From an uncultured Desulfovibrio sp. (GTDB taxonomy: Bacteria > Desulfobacterota > Desulfovibrionia > Desulfovibrionales > Desulfovibrionaceae): a stretch of 64,000 nt of DNA. Position 1 is the stretch's first letter. Each line of letters starts with the position of its first letter. Positions 31,411 to 41,604 of this stretch are shown in pieces. The notes under the pieces were generated by a model, which made no database searches, was not told the DNA's origin, and worked only from the letters and a program-made list of their open reading frames with translations. The stretch spans positions 762 through 64,761 of the forward strand of contig USBZ01000004.1 in the NCBI GenBank assembly GCA_900553065.1, in the 5' to 3' direction. The translations under genes were made by a program, and so were the position numbers.

Positions 31411-32607
31411 TCAGTTCTGAAGCGCCTTGCGGAATCCTTCGGCAGAGCGTTCGATGACGGCGTCTTCCACGGCAAAGGACAGGCGGAAGTAGCCGGGGTA
31501 TCCGAAACCGGAGCTCGGCACGGCGAGCACGAGGTTCTGCGTCAGTTTTTCCACGATGGCCTTGTCGTCGCCGCCGGGGGCCTTGGGGAAGAAGTAGAAG
31601 GTGCCTTTAGGCAGGGTGAACTCGTAGCCTGCGTCGGCCAGAATGGCGGCGAGGCGGTTGCGGCGCTTCGTATAGATGGCGAGTGCCTCGTCGGTGGAGG
31701 TGCCGAGGCATTCGGCCATGAGGTACTGCCCGATGACGGGAGGATTCACGAAACCGAGCACACGGTTGGAGAAGATGAGTCCGTCCATGAGATTGTCGGC
31801 ATCTTCCATGGCGGGATTGACCGCAATATAGCCCACGCGCTCACCGGCCATGCCGTAGTTCTTGGCAAAGGAGCTGATGACCACGCTGTGGCGGTAGAGA
31901 GGAAGAGCGGACGGCACTTCCAGTCCGTCGTAGGCCAGGAAGCGGTACGGTTCATCCGCCACAAGGTAGATCACGCGTCCGATCTTTCTGGAAGCCTCTT
32001 CCAGCATGGCGGCAAGGTCGGCGATGTCTTTTTCGGAGTAGACGGCGCCGGAAGGATTGTTGGGAGAGTTGATGATGAGAGCGCGGGTCTTCGGCGTGAC
32101 GGCCGCAGCAAGGGCTTCTACGTCGGGGCCGAAGTCTTCCGCCCGGCAGGGCACGGGACGGAGCGTTCCGCCGTGATTGCCCACATAGAAGCGATATTCG
32201 CCGAAGAAGGGAGCCACGGTGAGCACTTCGTCGCCGGGCTCGAGAACGGTGTGGAAGAAGGCGTTCATCACGCCTGCGGCGCCGCAGCCGAGCATGACGT
32301 GAGCAGCCTTGAGCGGGGTGTGCTGCTGCTCGCTCAGCCAGGCGGCCAGCTTTTCTCTGGCCCAGCCGAATCCGCCGTTGGGCATGTATCCGAGAATGCC
32401 GGGTTCGGACAGTCGCGCGGTAAGAGCCTCCATGGCCCGGGCCGCTTCGGCGGGCGGCGCGAGATCGGGATTGCCGAGACTGAAGTCGCAGACGGCATCG
32501 TTGCCGTACTTTTTGCGCAGTTCGATACCGGCTTCGAACATGCGTCGGATCATGGATCCCTGAGAGAGATTCTGCTCCATGGCGGAGCTGATGACGGATG
32601 AGTACAT
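31411..32607 (-). CDS. PLP-dependent aminotransferase class I (aspartate aminotransferase-like); C-terminal part of a continuous 716-aa ORF
   Basis: DFSLGNPD, INSPNNPSG, ADEPY and SFAKNYGMAGERVGY. It has its own AAGGAG RBS before ATG 32607. Confidence 0.9.
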   Translation of the reverse strand: MYSSVISSAMEQNLSQGSMIRRMFEAGIELRKKYGNDAVCDFSLGNPDLAPPAEAARAMEALTARLSEPGILGYMPNGGFGWAREKLAAWLSEQQHTPLKAAHVMLGCGAAGVMNAFFHTVLEPGDEVLTVAPFFGEYRFYVGNHGGTLRPVPCRAEDFGPDVEALAAAVTPKTRALIINSPNNPSGAVYSEKDIADLAAMLEEASRKIGRVIYLVADEPYRFLAYDGLEVPSALPLYRHSVVISSFAKNYGMAGERVGYIAVNPAMEDADNLMDGLIFSNRVLGFVNPPVIGQYLMAECLGTSTDEALAIYTKRRNRLAAILADAGYEFTLPKGTFYFFPKAPGGDDKAIVEKLTQNLVLAVPSSGFGYPGYFRLSFAVEDAVIERSAEGFRKALQN

Positions 32608-33561
32608 GACAGACTCCTTGAGAAAAGGAAGGGCATCGGAGGAAACGGCAGGAGCAGCGGTACACGCATGGGGCGCCGAACCATCGGCGTTTCCTGCCTC
32701 GGAAAGAAGCGTGACGGCGGGATCGGGCGCCTCAAGAGCGGAGGCCAGCCGGTTCAGCCAGAGGTCGATGAAGGCGGGATCGTCGGCAAGTCCCCTCAGT
32801 TCCGCCTGACAGCGGAAGCCTGCCTTTTCAAGACGGCTTTTCCAGGAAGAGGGAGAAGAACCCGCCATGTCTTCCAGGGTATGTCTTCCCACCACGGAGA
32901 GCAGGGGCAGCAGCCATACGCGGCTCTCCGGCGACGTTTCCGCGCTCAGAGAAGGCAGCAGCAGGTCGAGTCCGTCGGATGCGGGCGCGTCTTTTGTGGC
33001 TTCGTCCGGGCGTATCATGCCGGAGCCGACCATGCAGGCTACATGGATACGGGCATCCCGTGCGCTGACGGCGCTGCCGAGGCGGCGATAGAGAATGTCG
33101 CATTCGTGGCGGCTGCCGTGAGCCATGAAAATGACCGGCTCCACGGCAGAGCGCAGCGGAGAGATATGGTTGAGCAGCGTTTCCGCCGCTTCGGCCACGC
33201 AGGGAGCCTCGGGATCAAGGCCGTAGAGCAGGGGACGGCCGAGACTGACGGAAAGTCCGCCTTCTTCCAGAACGGCGCGACAATCGGCAGCTACGGCGCT
33301 GTATTCCATGCCCGGGATGATGTGCAGGGGCTGGACGGTCACATGAGTATAGCGCTCAAAGCGCATGCGTCTCAGCGCCTTGAGCACGGAGTCGGACTTG
33401 GTACGGGAACTGGCCAGCCGCAGGCGCATGGTTTCCGAAGTGAATGCCCAGCGCACCGGCAGACGGAAGCGCGCTTCGGCCGCCGTCTGTACGGCGCGCA
33501 GCGCCGCTGCTCCGCGGATGTTGCCGCAGCCGTAGGCTACCAGAAGAATGCCGCGTTTCAT
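32608..33561 (-). CDS. cbiK: Sirohydrochlorin cobaltochelatase CbiK domain (no stop before the aminotransferase; ORF continues to 31411)
   Basis: GILLVAYG, RWAFTS, VQPLHIIPGMEY, LGRPLL, FMAHGS and LLPLLSVVGRHTLEDMAG...SWKSRL (both catalytic His regions). Confidence 0.82.
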
Positions 33562-34010
33562 GCCTTGTCCGCAGAAAACGTTTCTTCGGTAAAAATCTGG
33601 AATCCCTTTTTGCGGAGCAGCGCGGCAAAGAGACCGTCGCCGTCGACGAGCGTTCGGGTGAACGTCCCGTCATAGATGCGTCCGCAGCCGCAGGACGGCG
33701 ATCTCGCCTTTAAAATGGCGGCAGAGCAGCCGTATTCTTCGGCAATGTAGAGCGCAGCTTCCGCGCCGGAGCTGAAGGCTTCGGTCACGTCCTCGCCGGT
33801 TGCGGAAAGAACGCGTCCGTCCTTCTGTTCACTGGGAGTGCGAGGCGTAGGCAGACCGCCCAGCACTTCGGGGCAGACGGGAACGGCCTCTCCCTTTTCC
33901 ACAAGAGCGGCAATTTCGGGGCGCAGGTTCGAGCCGCCGTCATAGCGGCACGGGGTACCGGCAAGACAGGCGCTCACCACATAGCGGCAGGGCTTCTGAA
34001 AGTCAGTCAA
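33558..34010 (-). CDS. DUF523 / TudS-like 2-thiouracil desulfidase family Fe-S protein
   Basis: VSACLAGTPCRYDG, PVCPEVLGGLPTPR and ILKARSPSCG. The probable TTG start at 34010 overlaps the purM stop. Confidence 0.88.
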   Translation of the reverse strand: MTDFQKPCRYVVSACLAGTPCRYDGGSNLRPEIAALVEKGEAVPVCPEVLGGLPTPRTPSEQKDGRVLSATGEDVTEAFSSGAEAALYIAEEYGCSAAILKARSPSCGCGRIYDGTFTRTLVDGDGLFAALLRKKGFQIFTEETFSADKA

Positions 34011-35055
34011 AGGAAATCTCCACCTGTTCCTGATTGTCCTTGCGGCGGACAATGGTGCCGATTTCCCAGGCCTCGGTCTTCATGGACTTGAAGCGGGGGA
34101 GCATTTCGTCGGCCGTGGCACGGTCGGTGATCATGATGTAGCCGATGCCGCAGTTGAAGATCTGGAGCATTTCCGGCCAGGAGAGATTGCCCTGCTGCTT
34201 CAGCCATTCAAAAATGGCCGGGCGTTCCCAGCTGGAGAAGCGGATGCTGGCGCAGATGGAAGGCGAAAGCACTCTCGGGATGTTGTCGTAGAAGCCGCCG
34301 CCGGTGATGTGAACCATGCCCTTGATGGGCAGATCCCGCATGATGGATTTGACCTGATCGGCGTAGATGACGGTGGGAGTAAGCAGAACGTCGGCAAAGG
34401 TTCTGTCGGTGCCGGGCACGATGTCGTCCGCCTTAACGCCGCTTTCCTCATAAATTTTACGAACCAGCGAGTAGCCGTTGGAGTGCAGGCCCGAGGAGGC
34501 GAGACCGATGATAACGTCGCCTACGCTGATGGTGGAGCCGTCCACGATGTTCGGGCCGTCCACAAGGCCTACGCAGAAACCGGCGAGGTCATAGTCGCCG
34601 TTGGCATACATGCCCGGCATTTCCGCCGTTTCACCGCCGAGCAGCGTGCAGCCGCTCATCTTGCATCCTTCCACGATGCCGCCCACCACGGTGGTGGCAA
34701 GATCGACGTTCAGCTCGCCGCAGGAAAAATAGTCAAGGAAGAACAGCGGCTTTGCGCCCAGCACCAGACAGTCGTTCACGCTCATGGCCACAAGGTCGAT
34801 ACCTACGGTATCGTGGCGGTTGAACATGGAGGCCATCTTGAGTTTCGTGCCCACGCCGTCGGTACCCGCGACAAGAACCGGCGACTGCATTCCCGAGACG
34901 TCGGGCCGGAACAGGCCGCCGAAGCCGCCTATGTCCGAAAGAACGCCGTGGGTCTGCGCGCTGGCTACCAGATCCTTGATGCGGGAAACCAGCTCATTGC
35001 CGGCATGGATGTCGACGCCGGCGGAGGTGTATGCGGCGGAACGGGAAAAACTCAT
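34003..35055 (-). CDS. purM: Phosphoribosylformylglycinamidine cyclo-ligase (AIR synthetase)
   Basis: YTSAGVDI, IGGFGGLF, TDGVGTK, GGETAEMPG, SSGLHSNGYSL and HITGGG. Confidence 0.97.
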   Translation of the reverse strand: MSFSRSAAYTSAGVDIHAGNELVSRIKDLVASAQTHGVLSDIGGFGGLFRPDVSGMQSPVLVAGTDGVGTKLKMASMFNRHDTVGIDLVAMSVNDCLVLGAKPLFFLDYFSCGELNVDLATTVVGGIVEGCKMSGCTLLGGETAEMPGMYANGDYDLAGFCVGLVDGPNIVDGSTISVGDVIIGLASSGLHSNGYSLVRKIYEESGVKADDIVPGTDRTFADVLLTPTVIYADQVKSIMRDLPIKGMVHITGGGFYDNIPRVLSPSICASIRFSSWERPAIFEWLKQQGNLSWPEMLQIFNCGIGYIMITDRATADEMLPRFKSMKTEAWEIGTIVRRKDNQEQVEISFD

Positions 35056-35470
35056 GGTCTCATCTCCTGGTTGAAGCGCGTGAACCTGCCCGGCAGGGAC
35101 ACTTTGCGTTCAGGTACCTGTGCCCGCAAAGAGAAAGCCCGGGGCTTTTCCTGCGGCATTTCCCATGGAAATCGCTTATGCAGGTACCCCGTATTAATAG
35201 TCGCTTCCGTCCCGTTTGCCAAGTTTTTTATGGAATATGCCGTATGCGGGAAGCCCGGAGGGCGGAAGAGGGGAAAGACGGCGGGTGGGTGGATATTGCA
35301 GAGGGCATGGGGAGAAGCGTACCGGAATTTCCGGGCCGGATGCAGCTGGATCCATGTTGGCGGAAGGAGCGGTCCGGGATCCGTGCGGGAGAGCGCACTT
35401 GCAATTCCTCGCGGAGCACGTAGAACAGAGCTGACCTTCGGGTTCAATTTTTATTTTCGAGGCGGTCGTC

Positions 35471-36523
35471 ATGAGCAAAGATGCTTCCAATCCTTTTTCC
35501 ATGCTGAATGCGCGGGATTTTCCTTCCCGCAGCGACAGGGACAATTCGCGCAGGCAGCGCCGCGCCAAGACGGTGGTGAAGAACAGGGACGCCGAGGCCG
35601 CCGCTCTGGACGCCGACACCGAGCTTTTTCTGCAGGCCATGAGTGGCAACGTACAGAAGCTTCCGTCTTCCGGTCAGGCCGGGGGCTCGGACAAGAAGTC
35701 GTCCCGCAGCAGCGCCGAAAGCGGGGACACCACCTTTGCCGACATGCTGGAGAGCCGCGGCGTCAAGCGCATGCTGCAGAAAAAGAAGGCTGAGACGACT
35801 GTTCCGCCTCAGCAGAAGGAGGCAGATCCGGAAGAAGAGAAGGAACCTGCCACGCTGACTGCCATGGCGCTTGCCGGTGCGCGCATCGGCCGCCGGAGCG
35901 ACGCTGCTCTTTTGAGCGAAGCGGCCGGGCAGCCTGCGGAAGAAGACGACAGCCATGACTTTTTCAGCGCCGTCCGGGGAACGGTGCCGCTGAACGGCAG
36001 AGGCCGCGACGTGCCCGTGGAACCCGAAGCGCCGGTCGTTCCCGTGACGGATCCCCGTCATCCTCTGCAGGATTTCATGGAAGGCAAGGTGGAATTTTCC
36101 GTGGCGAGCACCGATGAGTATGCGGAAGGGCACGTCGTGGGACTGGATCTCATGATCGTGTCCCAGCTGCAGTCGCGGCAGTTCAGCCCGGAGGCGCACA
36201 TCGATCTGCACGGTCTGAACTGCGATCAGGCGTTTCAGAATCTGGTGGGCTTTTTCCGCAGCTCCTATTACAAGGGCGTGAGAACGGTGCTCGTTGTGAC
36301 CGGGCGCGGACTCAATTCCCTGAACGGCGTTCCCGTGCTGCGTTCCCGCGTGCAGCAGTGGTTTACGCAGGATCCCTTCAAGCGCGTGGTGCTGGCCTTC
36401 TGTACGGCCCGTCAGGAAGACGGCGGAGCCGGAGCGTTCTATGTGCTGCTGCGTCGACGCAAGAAAAGCGCGGGCAAGATCCGCTGGGACGTCATGCCTT
36501 CCGATCCCGATCTTTATCATTGA
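35471..36523 (+). CDS. Smr domain protein (stand-alone, SmrA/SmrB-like)
   Basis: C-terminal IDLHGL...VLVVTGRG..S..G.PVLR...DGGAGAFYVLL, with a charged low-complexity N-terminus. Confidence 0.88.
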   Translation: MSKDASNPFSMLNARDFPSRSDRDNSRRQRRAKTVVKNRDAEAAALDADTELFLQAMSGNVQKLPSSGQAGGSDKKSSRSSAESGDTTFADMLESRGVKRMLQKKKAETTVPPQQKEADPEEEKEPATLTAMALAGARIGRRSDAALLSEAAGQPAEEDDSHDFFSAVRGTVPLNGRGRDVPVEPEAPVVPVTDPRHPLQDFMEGKVEFSVASTDEYAEGHVVGLDLMIVSQLQSRQFSPEAHIDLHGLNCDQAFQNLVGFFRSSYYKGVRTVLVVTGRGLNSLNGVPVLRSRVQQWFTQDPFKRVVLAFCTARQEDGGAGAFYVLLRRRKKSAGKIRWDVMPSDPDLYH

Positions 36524-36875
36524 TCCGCCGGAAGCCTTCGTCCGAAAAGGGCGGAGGCTTTCTGTTTTTCTTTGCTTTTGCTTCGTGGCCTAGGCCGGAC
36601 GCTTGCCGGGCGGACGCATGACGTTTTCGTGCCGGAAGAAACGTGCGAGGCGCTCCGGCCTGAGGGGACGGGAAGAAAAGGCGTCCGCTTCTTCCGCGCG
36701 ATGTCGACTTCCGGGGCCTGTATTGCAAAATCTTTCAGACTCTTTCGGAAATCGCGTCATCTTTACATGCCTTCCTTTACTCTTGATGAAAAAAGCTTGC
36801 TCGGCTATACTTATGCCGATTGCGGCCTGAGAACGGCCTTTTTTATGTAACATCCCCTTGCCGAGGGAGGACAAT

Positions 36876-37859
36876 ATGCAAGCTCCTGAAAAAAATCTGG
36901 CGTTCGAACTGCTCCGGGTAACGGAATCTGCAGCGCTTTCCGCAGCGCGCTGGCTGGGAAAGGGCGCCAAGGAAGACGGTGACGGCGCGGCCGTGGACGC
37001 CATGCGACTTTCTTTCGATTCCCTCTCCATCAAGGGGCGCGTCATCATCGGCGAAGGCGCCAAGGACAAGGCTCCCATGCTGTATAACGGCGAAGAAGTC
37101 GGCGACGGCACGGGGCCTGCCATCGACATCGCGGTGGATCCTGTGGAGGGAACCAATCTGCTGGCGCTCGGCCGTCCCAATGCCATCGCCGTCATAGGCG
37201 CCTGCAAGTCGGGCTACATGTACAATCCCGGCTCCAGCTACTACATGAAAAAGCTCGTGGTGGGCCGCGAAGCCCGTGACGTGGTGGATATCGACGCGCC
37301 TGTGGCCGACAATCTTCATGCCGTGGCGCGCGCCGTGGGCAAGGACATCAACGACCTCGTGGTGTTCGTGCTCGACAAGCCCCGTCACAAGGGACTCATT
37401 GAGGAAATCCGCAAGACCGGAGCCCGCATCACCCTGCATACCGACGGCGACGTGGCCGGCTCCCTCATGGTGGCCGACCCCAGCGTGGACGTCGATGTCA
37501 TGATGGGTACCGGCGGAACGCCGGAAGGCGTCATTTCCGCCTGCGCCATCAAGGGCGTCGGCGGTCAGATGTTCGGCCGCTTCGATCCGCAGTCCGACGC
37601 GGAAAGAGAGGCCATGCTTGCGGAAGGAACCAGACTGGACGAGATCCTCACGGTCGACTCCATCATCCGTGCCGACGACGCCTTCTTTGCCGCCACCGGC
37701 ATTTCCGGCGGCACCTTCCTCGGCGGCGTGAGCTATTCCGGACGCGGCGCCGTCACCCATTCTCTGGTGATCCGCGCCAAGACCGGCACGTTCCGCTACA
37801 TTGAGTCTCATCACAACTGGGATCGGCTGATGAAGTTCAGCTCCGTCCGGTACGACTAG
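36876..37859 (+). CDS. glpX: Fructose-1,6-bisphosphatase class II
   Basis: ELLRVTESAAL, IIGEG.KDKAPML, AVDPVEGT, DGDVAG and GTGGTPEGVISA. GGAGG RBS before ATG 36876. Confidence 0.96.
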   Translation: MQAPEKNLAFELLRVTESAALSAARWLGKGAKEDGDGAAVDAMRLSFDSLSIKGRVIIGEGAKDKAPMLYNGEEVGDGTGPAIDIAVDPVEGTNLLALGRPNAIAVIGACKSGYMYNPGSSYYMKKLVVGREARDVVDIDAPVADNLHAVARAVGKDINDLVVFVLDKPRHKGLIEEIRKTGARITLHTDGDVAGSLMVADPSVDVDVMMGTGGTPEGVISACAIKGVGGQMFGRFDPQSDAEREAMLAEGTRLDEILTVDSIIRADDAFFAATGISGGTFLGGVSYSGRGAVTHSLVIRAKTGTFRYIESHHNWDRLMKFSSVRYD

Positions 37860-37927
37860 AAGACGGCGTCGCCGCCGACCGGCGGCGGCCCGTGTGTTAT
37901 GACCCATAACCCATCAGGGAGTATGGA

Positions 37928-38887
37928 ATGAACAGTGTTCAGACCGCCATCCTGTTCCCCGGTCAGGGGTCGCAGGCATCTGGCATGGGAAGGCGTCTTG
38001 CTGAGGCGTCTTCCGATATCATGGATCTCTGGAAGAAGGCGGAAAGCATCAGCGGCCTGCCTCTGCGCGAGATATACTGGGACAGCGACGACGCCACGCT
38101 CATGGCGGAAACCCGCAACCTTCAGCCCGCCATCACGGTGGTGAACCTCGCCCTGTGGCAGAGCGTTTCCGATCGCCTTTCTCCGGCCTGCGCGGCCGGA
38201 CACAGTCTCGGCGAATTCAGCGCTCTGGCTGCTGCCGGCGTGCTTCCCGTGGACAAGGTGCTTGAGCTCGTTTCTCTGCGCGGCCGTCTCATGGCCGACG
38301 TGGATCCGGAGCACATCGGCACCATGTGCGCCATGATCCGACTCTCTCAGGAGCAGGTGGAAAGCGTGGCCAAGCAGGTTTCCGAAAGAACCGGCAAGCT
38401 GGTGCGCGTGGCCAACAAGAATACGCCTCTGCAGTTCGTGCTGAGCGGTCACCGCGAAGCCGTGGAAGCGGCCGCCGAACAGCTGAAGGCGGAAAATCCG
38501 CGAGCCAAGGGCTTCCCTCTGGCCGTGAGCGGCGCCTTCCACACGCCCATGATGGCCGAAGCTTCGGCGGAATTTTCCAAGCTGCTGGACAAGCAGGACT
38601 GGCACGACGCCGCCTTCCCCATATACTCCAACATCAGCGGCGAACCTCTGAGCGATGCGGAAGCGTTGCACAGCGCCATGCGCCGTCAGATGACCTCTTC
38701 CGTCTGCTGGGTGGATACCATTTCCAATCAGTGGAAAGACGGCGTGCGCCGCTGGGTGGAATTCGGACCGCAGGGCGTGCTGACCCGCATGGTGCGTCCG
38801 ATTCTTGTGGCGGCCGACGTGGCCGACGGCAGTTACACCACCGTTCACATTCCCAACAAAGACGCTGTTGATGCATTTGAAGGATAA
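37928..38887 (+). CDS. fabD: Malonyl-CoA:ACP transacylase
   Basis: FPGQGSQ, AGHSLGE, LAVSGAFHTP and EFGP. Confidence 0.95.
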   Translation: MNSVQTAILFPGQGSQASGMGRRLAEASSDIMDLWKKAESISGLPLREIYWDSDDATLMAETRNLQPAITVVNLALWQSVSDRLSPACAAGHSLGEFSALAAAGVLPVDKVLELVSLRGRLMADVDPEHIGTMCAMIRLSQEQVESVAKQVSERTGKLVRVANKNTPLQFVLSGHREAVEAAAEQLKAENPRAKGFPLAVSGAFHTPMMAEASAEFSKLLDKQDWHDAAFPIYSNISGEPLSDAEALHSAMRRQMTSSVCWVDTISNQWKDGVRRWVEFGPQGVLTRMVRPILVAADVADGSYTTVHIPNKDAVDAFEG

Positions 38888-38889
38888 CG

Positions 38890-40557
38890 ATGCGCGACAT
38901 ACTTCTCATTGAAAAGGCCCTCCGTGACATTGTGGCGGGACACGGCTGGGAATGGCCTGAAAAGGCCGTTCTGGAAATCCCCAGAGACGTCGGACACGGC
39001 GATCTTGCCACCAATCTTGCCCTGGTGCTTTCCAAGCAGGCCAAGGCTGCTCCCCGCGTCGTGGCTGAAAAGATAGGCGAGGAGCTGTGCGCCGCCTTCC
39101 CCGGTCTGGTTTCTGTGGAAACGGCCGGTCCCGGCTTCATCAACATCACCTTCGCCCCTTCGTTCTGGCAGCAGGTGGTTGTGGACGTCGAAGAGCAGGG
39201 AAAGGCGTTCGGCTCCTCGAAGAACGGCAACGGCCGTCGTATCGTGGTGGAATACGTTTCCGCCAATCCCACCGGTCCTCTGCACATCGGACACGGACGC
39301 GGCGCCGCCGTGGGCGACTCCCTGACCAGACTGCTGCGCTTTGCCGGCTATGATGTGTCCACGGAGTACTACATCAACGACGCCGGACGGCAGATGCGTC
39401 TGCTCGGCGACTCCGTGTATCTGCGCATGCGCGAGATCTGCAACCTGCCCGTGGTTTACCCCGAAGATCCCAAGGGCTGGTATCACGGCGACTACATCCG
39501 CGACATCGCCCGCGAGATGCTGGAAAAGGATCCTTCTCTGCCGGAAAGACCCGAAGCCGAAGCCAAGGATCTCTGCTACGAGTATGCCTGCGCCACCATT
39601 CTGGCGGGCATCAAGGAAGACCTCAGGGAATTTCGCGTGGAGCATCAGGTGTGGTTCTCCGAGAAGAGCCTGGTGGACGGCGGCAAGGTGGAGGAAGCCT
39701 TCGACAAGCTGCGTGCCATGGGCCTTGTTTATGACAAGGACAACGCCATCTGGCTCGCCACGCAGCAGTTCGGCGACGACAAGGACCGCGTGCTCCGCAA
39801 GAGCGACGGTTATCTGACGTACTTCGCTTCCGACATCGCCTATCATGCCAACAAGTTCGATCGCGGCTTCGATGAATGCATCGACGTGTGGGGCGCCGAC
39901 CATCACGGTTACGTTCCCCGCATGAAGGCTGCCATCACCTGCATGCAGCATGATCCGGAAAACGATTTCCATGTGGTGCTCATCCAGATGGTGAATCTCA
40001 TGCGCGGCGGCGAACCTGTGGCCATGTCCACCCGCTCCGGCGAGTTCGTCACGCTGCGGGAAGTGCTGGACGACGTCGGTACGGATGCCGCCCGCTACAT
40101 GTTCCTTTCGCGCAAGAGTGACAGTCCTCTGGATTTCGATCTGGATCTCGTGAAGCAGCGCAACATGGAAAACCCCGTCTACTACGTGCAGTATGCGCAT
40201 GCCCGCGTGGCCGCGCTTCTGCGTCGTGCCTCCGATCGCGGCGTCGTGCTGCCTGATCACTGCACGCCCGACATGCTGAAGTCTCTGACTTCCGCGGACG
40301 ATCTGGCCCTGCTGCGTGAAGTGGAACGTTTCCGCAATGTCGTGGAAGACGCTGCCCGTGCCCGTGCCGCGCATCCCATCAGCTTCTACCTTATGGAGCT
40401 GTCGGGCAAGCTGCACAGCTATTATGCCAACAATCCCGTGCTGAGCGGTGATGATGAAGACGTCATGAAGGCCCGTCTGGCGCTGCTGCGCGCCGTGAGC
40501 GTGGTCATCGCCAACGGTCTTGATCTGCTCGGCGTGAGCGCTCCGGAATCCATGTAG
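38890..40557 (+). CDS. argS: Arginine--tRNA ligase
   Basis: EYVSANPTGPLHIGHGR (HIGH), WGADHHGY, MSTRSG and YYVQYAHAR. Confidence 0.97.
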   Translation: MRDILLIEKALRDIVAGHGWEWPEKAVLEIPRDVGHGDLATNLALVLSKQAKAAPRVVAEKIGEELCAAFPGLVSVETAGPGFINITFAPSFWQQVVVDVEEQGKAFGSSKNGNGRRIVVEYVSANPTGPLHIGHGRGAAVGDSLTRLLRFAGYDVSTEYYINDAGRQMRLLGDSVYLRMREICNLPVVYPEDPKGWYHGDYIRDIAREMLEKDPSLPERPEAEAKDLCYEYACATILAGIKEDLREFRVEHQVWFSEKSLVDGGKVEEAFDKLRAMGLVYDKDNAIWLATQQFGDDKDRVLRKSDGYLTYFASDIAYHANKFDRGFDECIDVWGADHHGYVPRMKAAITCMQHDPENDFHVVLIQMVNLMRGGEPVAMSTRSGEFVTLREVLDDVGTDAARYMFLSRKSDSPLDFDLDLVKQRNMENPVYYVQYAHARVAALLRRASDRGVVLPDHCTPDMLKSLTSADDLALLREVERFRNVVEDAARARAAHPISFYLMELSGKLHSYYANNPVLSGDDEDVMKARLALLRAVSVVIANGLDLLGVSAPESM

Positions 40558-40559
40558 TC

Positions 40560-41375
40560 ATGGCAAACGCCTTTTATCGCAGTTCCTCCTCCAGCGCGAA
40601 AAAAAACAGCGACCGCGAACGGCGGCAGAGCATTTTCTTCGCCTCGGAGGAAAGCTCGGACGCCGCGGCTTCGTCGGCCGCGGCGGAGGGCGAGTCCTCT
40701 TCGCGCAGAAGCGGCTCCTCGCGTGCAGAAGGGCGTTCGGAAGGGCGGAGCTTCTTTGCCTGGCGCGTGAACATCACGCCGTCCGCGCTCGTGACCATGA
40801 GCGTGCTTTCGCTGGTGCTTCTCGGTTTCAGCTTTTTGTCGGGCGTGATCGTGGGGCGCAGCAGCATGCCCCTGCCTCAGGCTCTGGAGCTGGACCGGCT
40901 GCTTGCCGAGGAACCCGTGTCCGAGGATGGAGGCGAAGCGGATATTCAGGAGAAGATTCTTCCCAAGGAAGAACTTCAGTTCATGACCAGTCTGAAGAGC
41001 GACGCCGCGGGAGGGGTTCTTTCCGAAGCGGAAGGGCCTGCCGTGACGCAGCCTGCCGTTCCCGCCGCTGCGCAGGAAAAGGCCGCCCCGGCAAAGCCGA
41101 AGCCCGAGGTGCAGAAGCCCAAGGAACCGCAGTACGACTATGTTCTGCGGGTGGCTGCCTTCAAGGAGTCCAAGCAGGCTCAGGCGCTGTTCGATACGCT
41201 CGTCAAGGACGGTTTCAAGGCCCGCCGTACGCAGACCAAGACCAGCCGTCCCACCTGGTACTATGTGCAGGTGCTCATGCGCGGCAGCAAGGCGGATCTT
41301 CAGGTTCTCCGCCGCAAGCTGGACGGCTACGGCCTGCACGATGCCATGGTGCTCAGCGAAAAGGCCGTCAAATAG
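40560..41375 (+). CDS. SPOR domain cell-division protein (FtsN/DedD-like)
   Basis: Single TM segment, Pro/Ala linker and a C-terminal SPOR-like YVLRVAAFK...WYYVQV. It lies downstream of argS. Confidence 0.8.
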   Translation: MANAFYRSSSSSAKKNSDRERRQSIFFASEESSDAAASSAAAEGESSSRRSGSSRAEGRSEGRSFFAWRVNITPSALVTMSVLSLVLLGFSFLSGVIVGRSSMPLPQALELDRLLAEEPVSEDGGEADIQEKILPKEELQFMTSLKSDAAGGVLSEAEGPAVTQPAVPAAAQEKAAPAKPKPEVQKPKEPQYDYVLRVAAFKESKQAQALFDTLVKDGFKARRTQTKTSRPTWYYVQVLMRGSKADLQVLRRKLDGYGLHDAMVLSEKAVK

Positions 41376-41553
41376 GCGAGCCGGCCGGAAAAAGCGCTCC
41401 GGAGAACCGCCGGGCAGGGATCGTGCCGTGCGCTGCGGACTCCATGTATTTTCGACGGACAAGAAGGCTTCATCTTTCTCCGGAAGGGGAGAGGGGAGCC
41501 TTCTTTCTGCCGGAAGAAAGGAAAATCCTTCTTCCCCGGAGGCGCCTGTACAC

Positions 41554-41582
41554 TTGACAAAGCGGAGCCCCGTGGGTATTTT
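41554..41582 (+). promoter_or_regulatory. Sigma-70 promoter of the yceD-rpmF-plsX operon
   Basis: TTGACA(41554-41559)-17bp-TATTTT(41577-41582). Confidence 0.7.
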
Positions 41583-41604
41583 GTCATGTTTCCAGAGGTA
41601 AAGC

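Noticed and set aside
35056..35470. ZTP or purine riboswitch upstream of purM
   Set aside because: No GACUGGCG...CGCCUGGGC-type core was seen. The region looks like an ordinary divergent promoter.
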